From positions 18,335-82,334 of the forward strand of contig CAYFNF010000001.1 of assembly GCA_964344485.1 (NCBI GenBank): a stretch of DNA of 64,000 bases. Direction: 5' to 3'. The number at the start of each line of letters is the position of its first letter. Position 1 is the first letter of the stretch. Of the stretch, positions 9,264 to 19,444 are shown one piece after another. The translations under genes were made by a program, and so were the position numbers. The notes under the pieces are model-generated. The model was not told the origin of the DNA. It did no database searches and saw only the letters and a list, made by a program, of their open reading frames with translations. Source of the stretch: an uncultured Gammaproteobacteria bacterium (GTDB lineage Bacteria; Patescibacteriota; Patescibacteriia; UBA9570; XYC2-FULL-38-9).

Positions 9264-9342
9264 AAACTCTTCTGGTGCGTGAGGAGCACATTTTTCACAT
9301 TCAAACGGGTGTGTGTGTTTTTGTAGACATATCTACGTTCTA

Positions 9343-10818
9343 TTATACCTTGTTTGCAATTCCTTTTAAAGCATCGAGTTTAATTTCGTCTCCGCTGCTG
9401 AATACCTGTGTTGCATGCTTTGTTCCGACAATGCACGGGGTGTTAAATTCTCGGCTTACCATTGCAGCATGACATGTTGCTCCACCGTCGTCAGTGATAA
9501 TACCCGCAGCCTTTTTCATTGCAGGGATGAAGTCCACTGTGGTCATCGAGGTAATCAGAATTTGCCCTTCTTGAATGTTTTGGTTGGCGTCCTTTGCGCT
9601 CGCAGTCACGAACGCTGTTCCTTGAACAGTACCTGCACATGCGGGCATTCCCTGTACTGATGAGTCTGAGTCAGGTTTCATTTTTTCAATTACTAGTTCA
9701 GTGCACAGCTTCATCGCGCGTGCTCCCACAATTCTCTCCGTGTGGTTGGAACTAATGAGCCAGGTGACTCCTTGTTGTCGCTCTGAAATTTGCTGTTTAG
9801 CAAGCACAGCGTCGTGCTCAAGGAGCGCTTCAATATCTGTCGGATAGTAGTGCAGTAGCTCCTGGTACGGCACAGTAGTCCGTTCGGGAATATGGCGAAG
9901 GATGCGAAAAATGATTTGATTACATCGCATCTGGATCTCTTTTCGCTTATCATGCAGCACGTTGAATGTATCCAGTAGCTCAGAGTATTTTTGAGTCTCT
10001 TTTAGATTAATACTGTGTTTTTGTAGTAGTTCTTCTCGCTGTTGCTGAATGGTCTGTGCATGATGCTCTAGCTCGTCTAGCTCCTGTTTTCGTGCAGCAG
10101 CTTCCTCTTGCTGTGCAGCATCAATATCTTGTTGTACTTGTTCTGGAGTAAGCTCATGTGATCCATCCCAACTCATTCGGAACCAGCTGAATTCATCGGT
10201 AATGTCATGAATAGTTGCGGCATCAATTGAAGTAGACAACGATTCTTTGAGAATTCGCTTTCTATACTCTGCGTTTGCTGAAAGTGTTGTTGGCTGAATG
10301 AAGTTTGTAAGTGCTTCTGGGCTGGGTGTTACGCCTGTGACTTTTTTTATCTCCTGAGAAAAGATCTCTGCAAAGAAGTCATCAAATTGGTCTACGGTAT
10401 ATTCAGCGTATAATAGATGTGAGAATCCAATCATGCGCACTTGATGGTACAGCTTCGCCATTTCTTTTTTTGACAAGGACGGTAGGTCGATTTGCTTATC
10501 TTGCCGAAGTTGGGCAGTGAATTGTTGGTGGTCGCTATTGAATTTACCAAGGTATTGGTCCCATACCGTATCTTTGTGTATCCACTCATCCATCCATGTG
10601 TAGAATGTTTCTCGTAGTAGATCGACATCACGCGCCCACCAGAACTGACCGTTTTTAAACGTTCCTACTTCCCAGCGTTGGTCCGGAATGTACGGATGTG
10701 TAGCGGCTTCTGCTTCAAATAGAGGGATATAACACGTTAATGACTGTATAAACAGATCACTTCGTTCATAGACACGAAGTGGGCGAGTGTGATCTGCTGT
10801 AAACACAGTGTTATCCAT
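9343..10818 (-). CDS. PEP-utilising enzyme mobile-domain protein (PEP synthase or PPDK-like phosphohistidine domain)
   Basis: C-terminal GGATCHAAMVSREFNTPCIVG matches the PEP-utilisers phosphohistidine domain. Confidence 0.65.
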   Translation of the reverse strand: MDNTVFTADHTRPLRVYERSDLFIQSLTCYIPLFEAEAATHPYIPDQRWEVGTFKNGQFWWARDVDLLRETFYTWMDEWIHKDTVWDQYLGKFNSDHQQFTAQLRQDKQIDLPSLSKKEMAKLYHQVRMIGFSHLLYAEYTVDQFDDFFAEIFSQEIKKVTGVTPSPEALTNFIQPTTLSANAEYRKRILKESLSTSIDAATIHDITDEFSWFRMSWDGSHELTPEQVQQDIDAAQQEEAAARKQELDELEHHAQTIQQQREELLQKHSINLKETQKYSELLDTFNVLHDKRKEIQMRCNQIIFRILRHIPERTTVPYQELLHYYPTDIEALLEHDAVLAKQQISERQQGVTWLISSNHTERIVGARAMKLCTELVIEKMKPDSDSSVQGMPACAGTVQGTAFVTASAKDANQNIQEGQILITSMTTVDFIPAMKKAAGIITDDGGATCHAAMVSREFNTPCIVGTKHATQVFSSGDEIKLDALKGIANKV

Positions 10819-10824
10819 ATTACT

Positions 10825-11079
10825 TTACTCTAGCCAAGCACCTTCTTTTTGTAAACGCTTCTTCTTTGCGACTGTTCCTTTGTTGTAGCCCCCTACTGCT
10901 CCATCAGAGCGCACAACACGATGACACGGAACCGCAGGGTCATGATTGCTGTTTAGAATGTTTCCTACTGCACGATACGCGCGTGGCCTTCCAGCACGCC
11001 GTGCTACTTCTTTATATGTTAATACCTCTCCTTCTGGGATCTGTCGTACGATTTGAAATACCCTTTCCTTAAATATCAT
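10825..11079 (-). CDS. Methylated-DNA-protein-cysteine methyltransferase (MGMT/Ogt) DNA-binding domain protein
   Basis: PCHRVV active-site motif; 84 aa. Confidence 0.7.
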   Translation of the reverse strand: MIFKERVFQIVRQIPEGEVLTYKEVARRAGRPRAYRAVGNILNSNHDPAVPCHRVVRSDGAVGGYNKGTVAKKKRLQKEGAWLE

Positions 11080-11107
11080 ATCTCTATTGTACCAATTTTT
11101 ACTGTGA

Positions 11108-12043
11108 ATGGTATACTACGCACGTATGGATAGAGAAAGAAAGAAAAAACAAGAAGCAATTGGCGTTAGTATAGCGCTGTTCTCTGCAGTGATGTGGGGG
11201 CTGTTTCCAGTGATTGTGGTTGTAGGCGTGAAAGAGATCTCGCCGTTGTCATACGCTGCTTTGAGCATGGTGATTGCCGCTATTGGAACGTTTATCTATG
11301 CAGCGTTCACCGGCAAGCTCCGAGAGTTCTCTGTTCGTAAAGCGTACGTTCCTTTAATCATGATCACACTATGTATTGTAGTGATCCCGTATATTCTGTT
11401 CTTCATCGGTGCAAGCAAGACCTCTGGTGTGAATACCTCGGTGCTGATGCTATCTGAAATAATTTTTACTCTCGTATTTACTCAATTTATTGGGGAGCCC
11501 ACAACGCGATTGAAGTTGTATGGTGCGGGTGGAATTTTGGTTGGTGCAATATGTATTCTGTTTAATGGAACGTTCACCATTAATATGGGTGACGTGCTGA
11601 TTATTGCTAGTACCGTCACCTATCCAGTAGGAAATTTCTATGCAAAGAAAGCGTTGAACATGGTTTCGCCAGCAATGATTTTATTCTTTCGATCCTTTTT
11701 TGGTGCGTTGTGTATTTTTATTGTCGCCCGAATCGTAGAGCCAGAGATTGCAATGGGGAGCCTTTTACAGGACCATTGGATTATTATTGTACTCAATGGA
11801 TTAATTCTTCTGGGTTTCGCAAAGATAGTATGGTATGAGGGGTTAAAACGTTTGGATATCTCTAAAGCCATCTCTCTGACCATGACATTCCCATTGTTCA
11901 GTTTAATTATACTGGTGTTGTTTTACGGAGAGACCGTCTCATGGTATCAAGCGACCGGTATTATCATTATGATGATCGGGGTTTATTTCTCAGTAAAACG
12001 CCAGTCAGTAGACCCTGAGCAAACACTATATAAAAAACAGTAG
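11108..12043 (+). CDS. EamA/DMT-family transporter
   Basis: About 10 TM helices in two repeated halves, typical of drug/metabolite transporters. Confidence 0.65.
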   Translation: MVYYARMDRERKKKQEAIGVSIALFSAVMWGLFPVIVVVGVKEISPLSYAALSMVIAAIGTFIYAAFTGKLREFSVRKAYVPLIMITLCIVVIPYILFFIGASKTSGVNTSVLMLSEIIFTLVFTQFIGEPTTRLKLYGAGGILVGAICILFNGTFTINMGDVLIIASTVTYPVGNFYAKKALNMVSPAMILFFRSFFGALCIFIVARIVEPEIAMGSLLQDHWIIIVLNGLILLGFAKIVWYEGLKRLDISKAISLTMTFPLFSLIILVLFYGETVSWYQATGIIIMMIGVYFSVKRQSVDPEQTLYKKQ

Positions 12044-12070
12044 CGCGCTATAAAAACAACTACTGTTTTA

Positions 12071-12784
12071 TTATTGAGAAAGAGCTGAAATCAGTGATCG
12101 AATTTCGGTTGTAATACCCTGCATCTGCGTTCGGATTGTTTGGACTGCTGTCTTTACAGATTCTGGGCTGCTGGTATCCACACTTGATAAGGAGTCTACA
12201 TACTCTTGATGTTCTTGGATCAATGTTTGTAGGGCTGTAGTATCTGCGCCAGCGGTCTCGAGCTTTTCTACCACGGCTTCCAGTTTTGTAACAATGGTCT
12301 TTGATTTTTCTTGTATCAGAGAGATCTGCTCTTGTGTCTTTGGTGCAATCACATTTTCGCGAATCTGTTTCACACGGTTCTTATGGTTTTGTATAAACGC
12401 AAATACGCGGTCTGCAATCACGCGCAACTCTGCTGGGGCGGAGATGGAGTCTAGTGCAGTATCTTGTTCCTGGAAGAACTGAATGTCTTGTTCTAAGCGT
12501 GAAAGGATGTGATTCTGTTCATCGGTTGATAGTGCGGTATTGGATTCAATCACTGAGTACTGGTGTTGGAGTTTTTCTAACGTATCATCTACTACTGTTT
12601 GCACACGTTGCAGCGCGTTTTGGAACGATTCTTGATTTACCGGAAGGGTCTTAGGTTGTGATGCCTTCAATTCCTGGTTGATATTATTCATTGGGGCAGC
12701 ACTTGAGCAGAGTGGTAGCACAAGAAGGAAGCCAACAACCATGATGGATAACTTGATATGTAGTTGTGTTCTATTCTGTGTCAT
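12071..12784 (-). CDS. Secreted coiled-coil protein, unknown function
   Basis: Signal peptide; Q/E-rich helical content. Confidence 0.4.
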   Translation of the reverse strand: MTQNRTQLHIKLSIMVVGFLLVLPLCSSAAPMNNINQELKASQPKTLPVNQESFQNALQRVQTVVDDTLEKLQHQYSVIESNTALSTDEQNHILSRLEQDIQFFQEQDTALDSISAPAELRVIADRVFAFIQNHKNRVKQIRENVIAPKTQEQISLIQEKSKTIVTKLEAVVEKLETAGADTTALQTLIQEHQEYVDSLSSVDTSSPESVKTAVQTIRTQMQGITTEIRSLISALSQ

Positions 12785-13644
12785 ATGGTTGAGATATCTT
12801 CAATGATCGTGTTCAAATCACTGGATGGTTGGTCAAGAGAGCCTTCAAGTTGATCTACTTGCTCCAACAGATTTTCTAAATCCGCAATAGTACTTTCTAG
12901 CTCTTCTTGCAGTGATTCAATATCACTCGCGCTGCTCTCTAATCCCGCAAGGTCGATTGATGTGTCAGAATCAGTATTTGGCAGCTCAGAGTCTTGTTGA
13001 TTGACGTTGGCTATGCTTGCAGTACCTGACCCTTCATCGTCGCTTGTTTGTTCATCGGATGTTTGTTCATCAGTACCAGTGCCTTGCTCTGCAGCGGCTT
13101 CTTCAGGAGTATCCTCTGGGTTTTCTTGTAGTGCTGCGCTTGATGTTGCTGATCCAAACGCAACTACGTCTTCCTGAATGTCCTCTGTAGTGCTCGCATC
13201 TGTCACTACTGCCTCTTCAGTTGCTTTTAATGTGCTTACTGCAGGTTGTGTTCCAGTTGTGGTGTCCATTCGTTGTACAAGAACGAATATTAGCGCTGCA
13301 ACAGCTGCAACAGAGAACGATGGAATCAGTAGAATATTAAACCACTTTTTCTTTTTCGGTGCAGGCGGTTCATGTGAAGGAGTTGTGTGTTCTTGTAATA
13401 TGATTTGTTCCAGCTCTTCTTTAAAGTCGTCATCAATTTCTGAGTTTGAAGTCATGACATGGAGCTTGAGCGCGGCCTGAAACTCTGGATCATTAGAGAA
13501 TGATCGAGGAGAGCGACCTTTCTTCAGATCATTCAGCACCTGGTTGAGCTTCTCAGTTTTTTCTGGCGAGGAATGGGAAGAAAGTTCTGACTCTAGCTCA
13601 TCAGCGATGTCTTTGATATTCGGTTGTTCTGGTAGTGTCTTCAT
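12781..13644 (-). CDS. Putative anti-sigma factor (single-pass membrane protein with acidic extracytoplasmic domain)
   Basis: Immediately downstream of the ECF sigma gene with 4-nt overlap. One TM helix (IPSFSVAAVAALIFVLV), D/E/T-rich C-terminus. Confidence 0.4.
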   Translation of the reverse strand: MKTLPEQPNIKDIADELESELSSHSSPEKTEKLNQVLNDLKKGRSPRSFSNDPEFQAALKLHVMTSNSEIDDDFKEELEQIILQEHTTPSHEPPAPKKKKWFNILLIPSFSVAAVAALIFVLVQRMDTTTGTQPAVSTLKATEEAVVTDASTTEDIQEDVVAFGSATSSAALQENPEDTPEEAAAEQGTGTDEQTSDEQTSDDEGSGTASIANVNQQDSELPNTDSDTSIDLAGLESSASDIESLQEELESTIADLENLLEQVDQLEGSLDQPSSDLNTIIEDISTI

Positions 13645-13645
13645 A

Positions 13646-14212
13646 CTATTCGTTTGATTCTATGGGTCCGAGGGTTGCTGCTTTCTTCAGGGCTCGGTGC
13701 TGCAGGACCTTTGCATTGCTTATGGTGATATCCATTGCTTCAGCAGTCTCTTTAATGGAGTAGTTTTTTAGAAATCGGTACTCAAGCACTGTTCTGTAAT
13801 TATCTTTGAGTTTACTGAGCAAGTGTGCAGTCTGCTCTTCTTTAAACTGTTGATGCGCCTCTTCTTCTTCCTTGTCTTCAGCAAATTCTGGACTGGTATG
13901 AATACCAAGCACCGCATCGATATCTACTGTTGGCATCTTATACTTCTCTCTCCATAAGTCGGCGATCTTTCTTTTTGCTATTTCGTAGCACCAGTTACGG
14001 AACTTCGCTTCACCACGGAAGTTTTTCAGCCCTTTAAACGCTGCCATCATCACGTCTTGCGTCAGGTCTTCCGCATCTTCCCTGTTTCCAACTTTATAGT
14101 AGATAAAACGATAGACCTCGCGGACATGCTCTTCATATAACTGCGAAATAGCTTGTTGATTGCCTTGTTTCGCCTCTTCTATGAGCTCGTGATTTTCCAT
14201 ATGGATTTGCAC
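13646..14212 (-). CDS. ECF-type RNA polymerase sigma-70 factor
   Basis: Sigma-70 region 2 motifs (VYRFIYYKVGNREDAEDLTQDVMMAAF) and a region 4 HTH near the C-terminus. Confidence 0.75.
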   Translation of the reverse strand: MQIHMENHELIEEAKQGNQQAISQLYEEHVREVYRFIYYKVGNREDAEDLTQDVMMAAFKGLKNFRGEAKFRNWCYEIAKRKIADLWREKYKMPTVDIDAVLGIHTSPEFAEDKEEEEAHQQFKEEQTAHLLSKLKDNYRTVLEYRFLKNYSIKETAEAMDITISNAKVLQHRALKKAATLGPIESNE

Positions 14213-14312
14213 TATAAGTCAAGTACAGGTTACAGGCCGCATAGTAGCGCTATTACACAAATAGTGCAAGTAAAAAAAGGACAAGTTGACTACTGAACAA
14301 CAGCGATGAGAA

Positions 14313-15290
14313 TTATCGGATTTGCAGCAGCAGGTCGTTTAATATCGTAAAGATTTGCTTTCTTTTTTTATTCGGTTGCGGGTATCTTTGAACTGTGGCT
14401 CCTGCGATGTCAAGAAGAGTGCGTTGTGAGAAGTAGTGCAGGTCTTGTTGGACCAACCGTTGTTTCTTGCGCGAGGAGTTATTATGGTATCCACCCAGAA
14501 AGGAGAGTAGCCATTTATCAATGGTCTCTTTTGAAAAGAACGGGTGGAGCATGACAGAGGTGTGCATGAGAAATGTCGCGACGTCTAACGCAGGGTGGAA
14601 GCGCTCTGCCTCGGTGAAATCAATAACGCCGATAGTCCTGGTTGATGAGTTGAACAGTATGTTTGAAGCTTCAAAATGTCCGTGGTTGAGAACCGCATGT
14701 TCGGGCTTTGCAACGGTTCGTGCTTGTTTTCGTAGTTGCATAGCGAGCTGATGCCACACTGCGTCAAGCGTGCTTCTAGATTCTAATTTCTTTTTCAAGT
14801 GGTCGAGGAATGTCTTTTCATTTGACGCAGTGCGTTTATGGATATACGGCGCACGTGTAGAATGAATCTCTGCCAAACACTTTCCTAGCGTCTCACTATA
14901 GGTGTTCCAGAACTGAGCATTTCGTTTTGTCTCTTCCAAGGTTTTACCTTCCAGTTCAATATACAGCGCATACTGCAGCCCTGGGTTGTAGAAGATATTT
15001 CTTGGAGTGTGAAAACTTAGGACTTTTGCAGAGAGTGCATCCATGAGTTTATTGATGACTGGCTCCATATGCTTTCCTCGCACAGTCAGCTGTTTGCTCC
15101 TGTTCTCCTGAATGTATTGAATGCGATGTCGGGTTGGTAAGCTTTCATGCGCTGACAATGTACTTGGATATTCAGTTTGAACATTTTCAATCTCGGACCC
15201 TGGAAGTAGCCCGCGTTTCTGCAGCTCTTCAAATAACTCGGCCATCTGTAGCGAGTCTTGCAATGATTGTATTGTCGTGAATGAACTCAT
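14313..15290 (-). CDS. Aminoglycoside/choline-kinase-like phosphotransferase (APH family)
   Basis: HGHFEASNILF (HGD-x4-N-like catalytic loop) and IDFTEAE (DFG-like). Confidence 0.55.
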   Translation of the reverse strand: MSSFTTIQSLQDSLQMAELFEELQKRGLLPGSEIENVQTEYPSTLSAHESLPTRHRIQYIQENRSKQLTVRGKHMEPVINKLMDALSAKVLSFHTPRNIFYNPGLQYALYIELEGKTLEETKRNAQFWNTYSETLGKCLAEIHSTRAPYIHKRTASNEKTFLDHLKKKLESRSTLDAVWHQLAMQLRKQARTVAKPEHAVLNHGHFEASNILFNSSTRTIGVIDFTEAERFHPALDVATFLMHTSVMLHPFFSKETIDKWLLSFLGGYHNNSSRKKQRLVQQDLHYFSQRTLLDIAGATVQRYPQPNKKRKQIFTILNDLLLQIR

Positions 15291-15358
15291 AGCGCAGTAT
15301 TCAGTTTTGATTGGATTCTATTTGAAAACGTCCCCCAGCATGGAACGATGATGCGTGA

Positions 15359-15673
15359 TTACCGTTTTAGTAGTCTTTCAATTCTTCGTTTCCAGCGTTT
15401 TCGTTTCCATACAGAAAAGGTCTCTCGGTGTCCGTTCTTTTTTCGTATGATAATGCCTTTTGAAAAGACCCGTAGAAAATTTTTCATCTCCACTGCATGA
15501 ATATCGCTCAACACTATAGTTAAATCGTACTGACGAAAGTTCAACGGGTGAGTAGTGAAGAACAACCGCTGGTTTGTAAGGTAGAGCTTACCAGTATGTC
15601 CGATTGGGCCAATAAAATGAAACGCAAGCCCATGCCGAATGACTTTTTCTTTTGGTTGTAGTGTAATTTTCAT
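15359..15673 (-). CDS. Bacterial PH (bPH_2/YdbS-like) domain protein
   Basis: GKLYLTNQRLFF motif typical of bacterial PH domains. Confidence 0.45.
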   Translation of the reverse strand: MKITLQPKEKVIRHGLAFHFIGPIGHTGKLYLTNQRLFFTTHPLNFRQYDLTIVLSDIHAVEMKNFLRVFSKGIIIRKKNGHRETFSVWKRKRWKRRIERLLKR

Positions 15674-15725
15674 ATGATAGTGTTATTTTACAGAATCCGT
15701 AATCCAGTGTCTAATACCTATAAGT

Positions 15726-16148
15726 ATGAATATCACTATTGCCTCGATCGGCAAGACAAAAAGCGATTCGCTGCGGTCAGTAGAGGATCAATATGAAAAA
15801 CGTATCTCTGGGCGGATGCGGTGTTCCCGCCAATACGTAAAAAATGAAAAAGAACTCATTCAGCTAGTGTCTCAGTTCTCTGGAACAGTCATTGCGTGCG
15901 ATGAACGGGGAATGCAGATGACTTCATCTGAATTTGCATCGTTCATGGACCGATTGTCCCAAGAAACTCATAATGTGCTGTTTTGCATAGGTGATGCAGA
16001 AGGGTTGCCAGAAGTAATTATAGAACAAGCGCAGTCACAACTTGCACTGTCACAGATGACGCTACCACATGATCTAGCGCGAACCGTGCTACTAGAACAG
16101 TTGTATCGTGCGTACACCATACTACAAGGTCACCCGTATCATAAATAG
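15726..16148 (+). CDS. rlmH: 23S rRNA (pseudouridine1915-N3)-methyltransferase RlmH
   Basis: SPOUT fold with CDERG, FCIGDAEGL and terminal LEQLYRAYTILQGHPYHK, matching RlmH end to end. Confidence 0.85.
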   Translation: MNITIASIGKTKSDSLRSVEDQYEKRISGRMRCSRQYVKNEKELIQLVSQFSGTVIACDERGMQMTSSEFASFMDRLSQETHNVLFCIGDAEGLPEVIIEQAQSQLALSQMTLPHDLARTVLLEQLYRAYTILQGHPYHK

Positions 16149-16158
16149 AGGCTTGAAG

Positions 16159-17130
16159 TTATGAGCGCGTTTTCTTTTTACGTGCTTGCTTCTTTTTCCA
16201 TTTCTCCCATGCATCGTAGATCATGGGTCCGAAGAATATCGCATATCCAGCCAGTACTGCTCCAGCAAGAATATCAACAACGTAATGCCAACGTAGGTAC
16301 ATGGTCGAGAACCATAAACTCAAGATCATTGGCGCATAGATGTAGAAGAGCCATCGGACGTACTTCCAAGTGAAGAACCAGAACACTGCGGTTACAGCAA
16401 AGTGCAACGAAGGGAAGCAGTGAAAGTAGTCGCGATACGATCCGTATATCTCCACTACACCCTGGTACCAGGCAAATGCACCGTCTCCCTGCAGCGGCAC
16501 AGTGTGTAAATGGTGTTGAGCGAGGATCGGCCCGACACACGGGAACAGAAGATACCCAATATACCCTACATAGATCGTGAGCATAACAGAGAAGCTTGTA
16601 ATGTGGAACGCTTTTTTGTCTTTCAACATGTACATCACACCGAGCGTCAGTGGGAAGTACAAGAAATAGAGCGCATAGCATAGTCCGAACCATTCAGTCG
16701 CAATTGGTGAAACTACTTTTTCAAAGATGGTGGTTGGGTGATGCCCAAGAAACAGAATTTTATCAACGGTGATAAAGAATTGGTCAAAGTTGTACGGGTT
16801 CATCAGGCGAACGATGTCGTGTAAATTGTCGTAGACCCAGATAAAAAGGAATAATGGAATCCAGTCTCGAATAAAGTGCAGCACCTTTTTTATTGAAAAC
16901 ACCTTTCGGAGGTCTCCTTTACTCAGGAAGAGCCGAATACAGAGTATAGTGAGGTACGTGAGAAAAATCAGCAGCATCCAGATCGTGAGTGCCTTTGGGT
17001 AAAAACCCAACCCAAAGTACCGGTAGAGCACCACCATGACAATAAAAAAGAATAGTCCCATTATCTCCAGCGGCCGCAGAACTATAAAGATTGTTTTTAT
17101 AAATTTTTTCAGTTGATGCATGCCTTGCAA
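16159..17130 (-). CDS. PAP2-superfamily membrane protein (AUR1/sphingomyelin-synthase-like)
   Basis: FPSLH and H-YVVD motifs in polytopic membrane context. Confidence 0.5.
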   Translation of the reverse strand: MQGMHQLKKFIKTIFIVLRPLEIMGLFFFIVMVVLYRYFGLGFYPKALTIWMLLIFLTYLTILCIRLFLSKGDLRKVFSIKKVLHFIRDWIPLFLFIWVYDNLHDIVRLMNPYNFDQFFITVDKILFLGHHPTTIFEKVVSPIATEWFGLCYALYFLYFPLTLGVMYMLKDKKAFHITSFSVMLTIYVGYIGYLLFPCVGPILAQHHLHTVPLQGDGAFAWYQGVVEIYGSYRDYFHCFPSLHFAVTAVFWFFTWKYVRWLFYIYAPMILSLWFSTMYLRWHYVVDILAGAVLAGYAIFFGPMIYDAWEKWKKKQARKKKTRS

Positions 17131-17176
17131 TATTATATTAAATATTCTATAATAGCAACATTAAAAGAAATTATAT

Positions 17177-18049
17177 ATGCAAAAAGTACGAAAAGCAGTG
17201 ATCCCAGTTGCTGGCTTAGGCACGCGCTTCTTGCCCGTGACCAAGGCTCTTCCAAAGGAGATGTTGCCCATCGTTGATAAGCCAGTGATCCAGTACATTG
17301 TAGAAGAAGCAGTGGAGTCTGGAATTGATGAGATCATATTTGTTACTTCAGAGAATAAAATTGCGATTGAAAACCATTTTGATCGTAATGCAGCACTTGA
17401 ATGTTTGCTCGAACAGAAGAAAAAGAGCAATGAATTGTCAGCAGTAAAGGATGTTGCAGAGATGGCGGAGTTTATCTTCGTTCGACAGACCGATCCTTTG
17501 GGATTGGGCCATGCAGTCTTGCAAGCAAAGGACGTTATCGGTGACGATCCATTTGTGGTATTTGGTGGTGATGATGTCGTAGAATATGAGTCTGCTCCAG
17601 CAGCAAAACAGTTGATCGATGTCTATGAACGACACAGCGATCCAGTGATTGGCGTGCTGGAAGTTCCGAAAGAAGCAGTGAATCGATATGGAATTATCGA
17701 CCCTGTAGAGGACATGGGAGAAAACGTTGCTCGTATAAAGGATATTATTGAAAAACCAGACGTGGACGTCGCTCCATCCCAATTGGGTGTGGGTGGACGG
17801 TGGCTGCTCACTCCGGATATCTTTGACCATTTAGAACAGACCAAACCTGGCGCTGGAAATGAGATTCAGTTAACCGATGCGATCAGAGAACTCATGAATC
17901 ATCGTGATGTTTATGCCAAGACCTATGACGGTATTTATCGCGATTGTGGGAACAAGACCGAGTACATTAAAGCGATGATTGCGTTTGCAGTTCGTCACGA
18001 AGAGCTTGGTCCAGCAGTCAAAGAGTATATTCAATCATTGGATGTGTAA
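17177..18049 (+). CDS. galU: UTP-glucose-1-phosphate uridylyltransferase
   Basis: AVIPVAGLGTRFLPVTKALPKEMLPIVDKPVIQY is a classic GalU N-terminus. Confidence 0.85.
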   Translation: MQKVRKAVIPVAGLGTRFLPVTKALPKEMLPIVDKPVIQYIVEEAVESGIDEIIFVTSENKIAIENHFDRNAALECLLEQKKKSNELSAVKDVAEMAEFIFVRQTDPLGLGHAVLQAKDVIGDDPFVVFGGDDVVEYESAPAAKQLIDVYERHSDPVIGVLEVPKEAVNRYGIIDPVEDMGENVARIKDIIEKPDVDVAPSQLGVGGRWLLTPDIFDHLEQTKPGAGNEIQLTDAIRELMNHRDVYAKTYDGIYRDCGNKTEYIKAMIAFAVRHEELGPAVKEYIQSLDV

Positions 18050-18053
18050 TATT

Positions 18054-19433
18054 ATGAAGAGATTTCTTACACAGCACAAAGCACGGTCGTACTGGCTTGG
18101 AATTGTTGTGTTATTGGCAGTACTCACTACTTCAGGCGCACTATGTGGTGGGCAGAACTTAACGCCACTAGAAGCTGTCTCACTAGAGATTTGGCGCTCT
18201 GAAGATACTGAAGCTGATCTCTCTGCTGCAATGGCAGCATATGCAGGCGTATACCCACATGTATCGTTTACCTACCGGCAGTTAAAAGAAGAGGAGTACG
18301 AAGATGAGCTGTTCAAAGCATGGTCTAAGGGTGAGGGGCCGGACATTTTCTCCATTCCAAATTCGCATGTCGGGAAGTATGTAGATTTTATCACCACCAT
18401 GCCGGATGCAGTAGCATTGAAGACCGCACACATGGAGTCGAATTTCGGTAAGAAAGAAGTGGTGACTGAAGTGAACAACATTGTATTTCCAACTGCGTCG
18501 CAGTTACAAGATCAATACGTTCAAGCAGTGACCGACGATGTGGTAATTGGAGACAAGGTGTATGGACTGCCAATGAGTATTGATACGCTTGGGTTATATT
18601 ACAACCGCGAATTACTAGCAAAAGCGCAGATAGCAATCCCACCGCAGACTTGGGAAGAGTTCCGAGATGCAGTGCAGATTATGACCGAGCTTGATGATGA
18701 GCGAAATATTGTGCGTCCAGCTGCAGCACTGGGAACTGCGGAGAACGTTCCGTACTTCTTTGACATTGTTTCGGTCCTAATGATGCAGAATGGAGCAACT
18801 ATGACCTCAAAGTCTGGGCGCGTGACCTTTAATGCTGGCACTGAAGAAGGACGAAAACCTGCTGAGGAAGCGCTGGATTTCTATACCAAGTTCAGCAATC
18901 AGCAGTATAAGACCTATACATGGAATGATGAGCAGATGAATGCGCTTGAAACGTTTACGCAGGGTAATCTCGGCTTCTACTTCGGGTACTTATCGGATAA
19001 TGAAGTAATTGAAAAACGAGCGCCAAACTTGAACTACTCGTATACCTATCTTCCGCAGATCGATCCGAATAATTTTACCAATTATCCTCGGTACGCTGTG
19101 GAGACTGTTCATATCGGTTGTGAGAATCCAGAGCATGCATGGAATTTTATTCGTTTCATTGCTTCCGAGCAACAGGTGGGGGCGTATCTTGAGAGCACGT
19201 TCCGTGTCTCTGCGTTGAAATCAATAGTTAATGACCAGCAAACAGATCCAGAACGCGGAGTATTTGCCCAACAAGCACTGACCGCAAAAACGTGGTATCA
19301 TGGATTTGATCCTGGCGCAGCAGCTGCAGCGTTTCAAGAAATGATTGATACTACCAATGAGCACACTACACCGATTGAGGAAGTCATCAATCTCGCGGTA
19401 TCGAAGGTGCGGCTTACCGTCCAAGAAGAATAG
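18054..19433 (+). CDS. ABC transporter substrate-binding protein (family 1, carbohydrate-type); orphan
   Basis: Signal anchor plus SBP_bac_1-like features. No permease or ATPase is adjacent. Confidence 0.55.
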   Translation: MKRFLTQHKARSYWLGIVVLLAVLTTSGALCGGQNLTPLEAVSLEIWRSEDTEADLSAAMAAYAGVYPHVSFTYRQLKEEEYEDELFKAWSKGEGPDIFSIPNSHVGKYVDFITTMPDAVALKTAHMESNFGKKEVVTEVNNIVFPTASQLQDQYVQAVTDDVVIGDKVYGLPMSIDTLGLYYNRELLAKAQIAIPPQTWEEFRDAVQIMTELDDERNIVRPAAALGTAENVPYFFDIVSVLMMQNGATMTSKSGRVTFNAGTEEGRKPAEEALDFYTKFSNQQYKTYTWNDEQMNALETFTQGNLGFYFGYLSDNEVIEKRAPNLNYSYTYLPQIDPNNFTNYPRYAVETVHIGCENPEHAWNFIRFIASEQQVGAYLESTFRVSALKSIVNDQQTDPERGVFAQQALTAKTWYHGFDPGAAAAAFQEMIDTTNEHTTPIEEVINLAVSKVRLTVQEE

Positions 19434-19444
19434 TGAATCATCAT

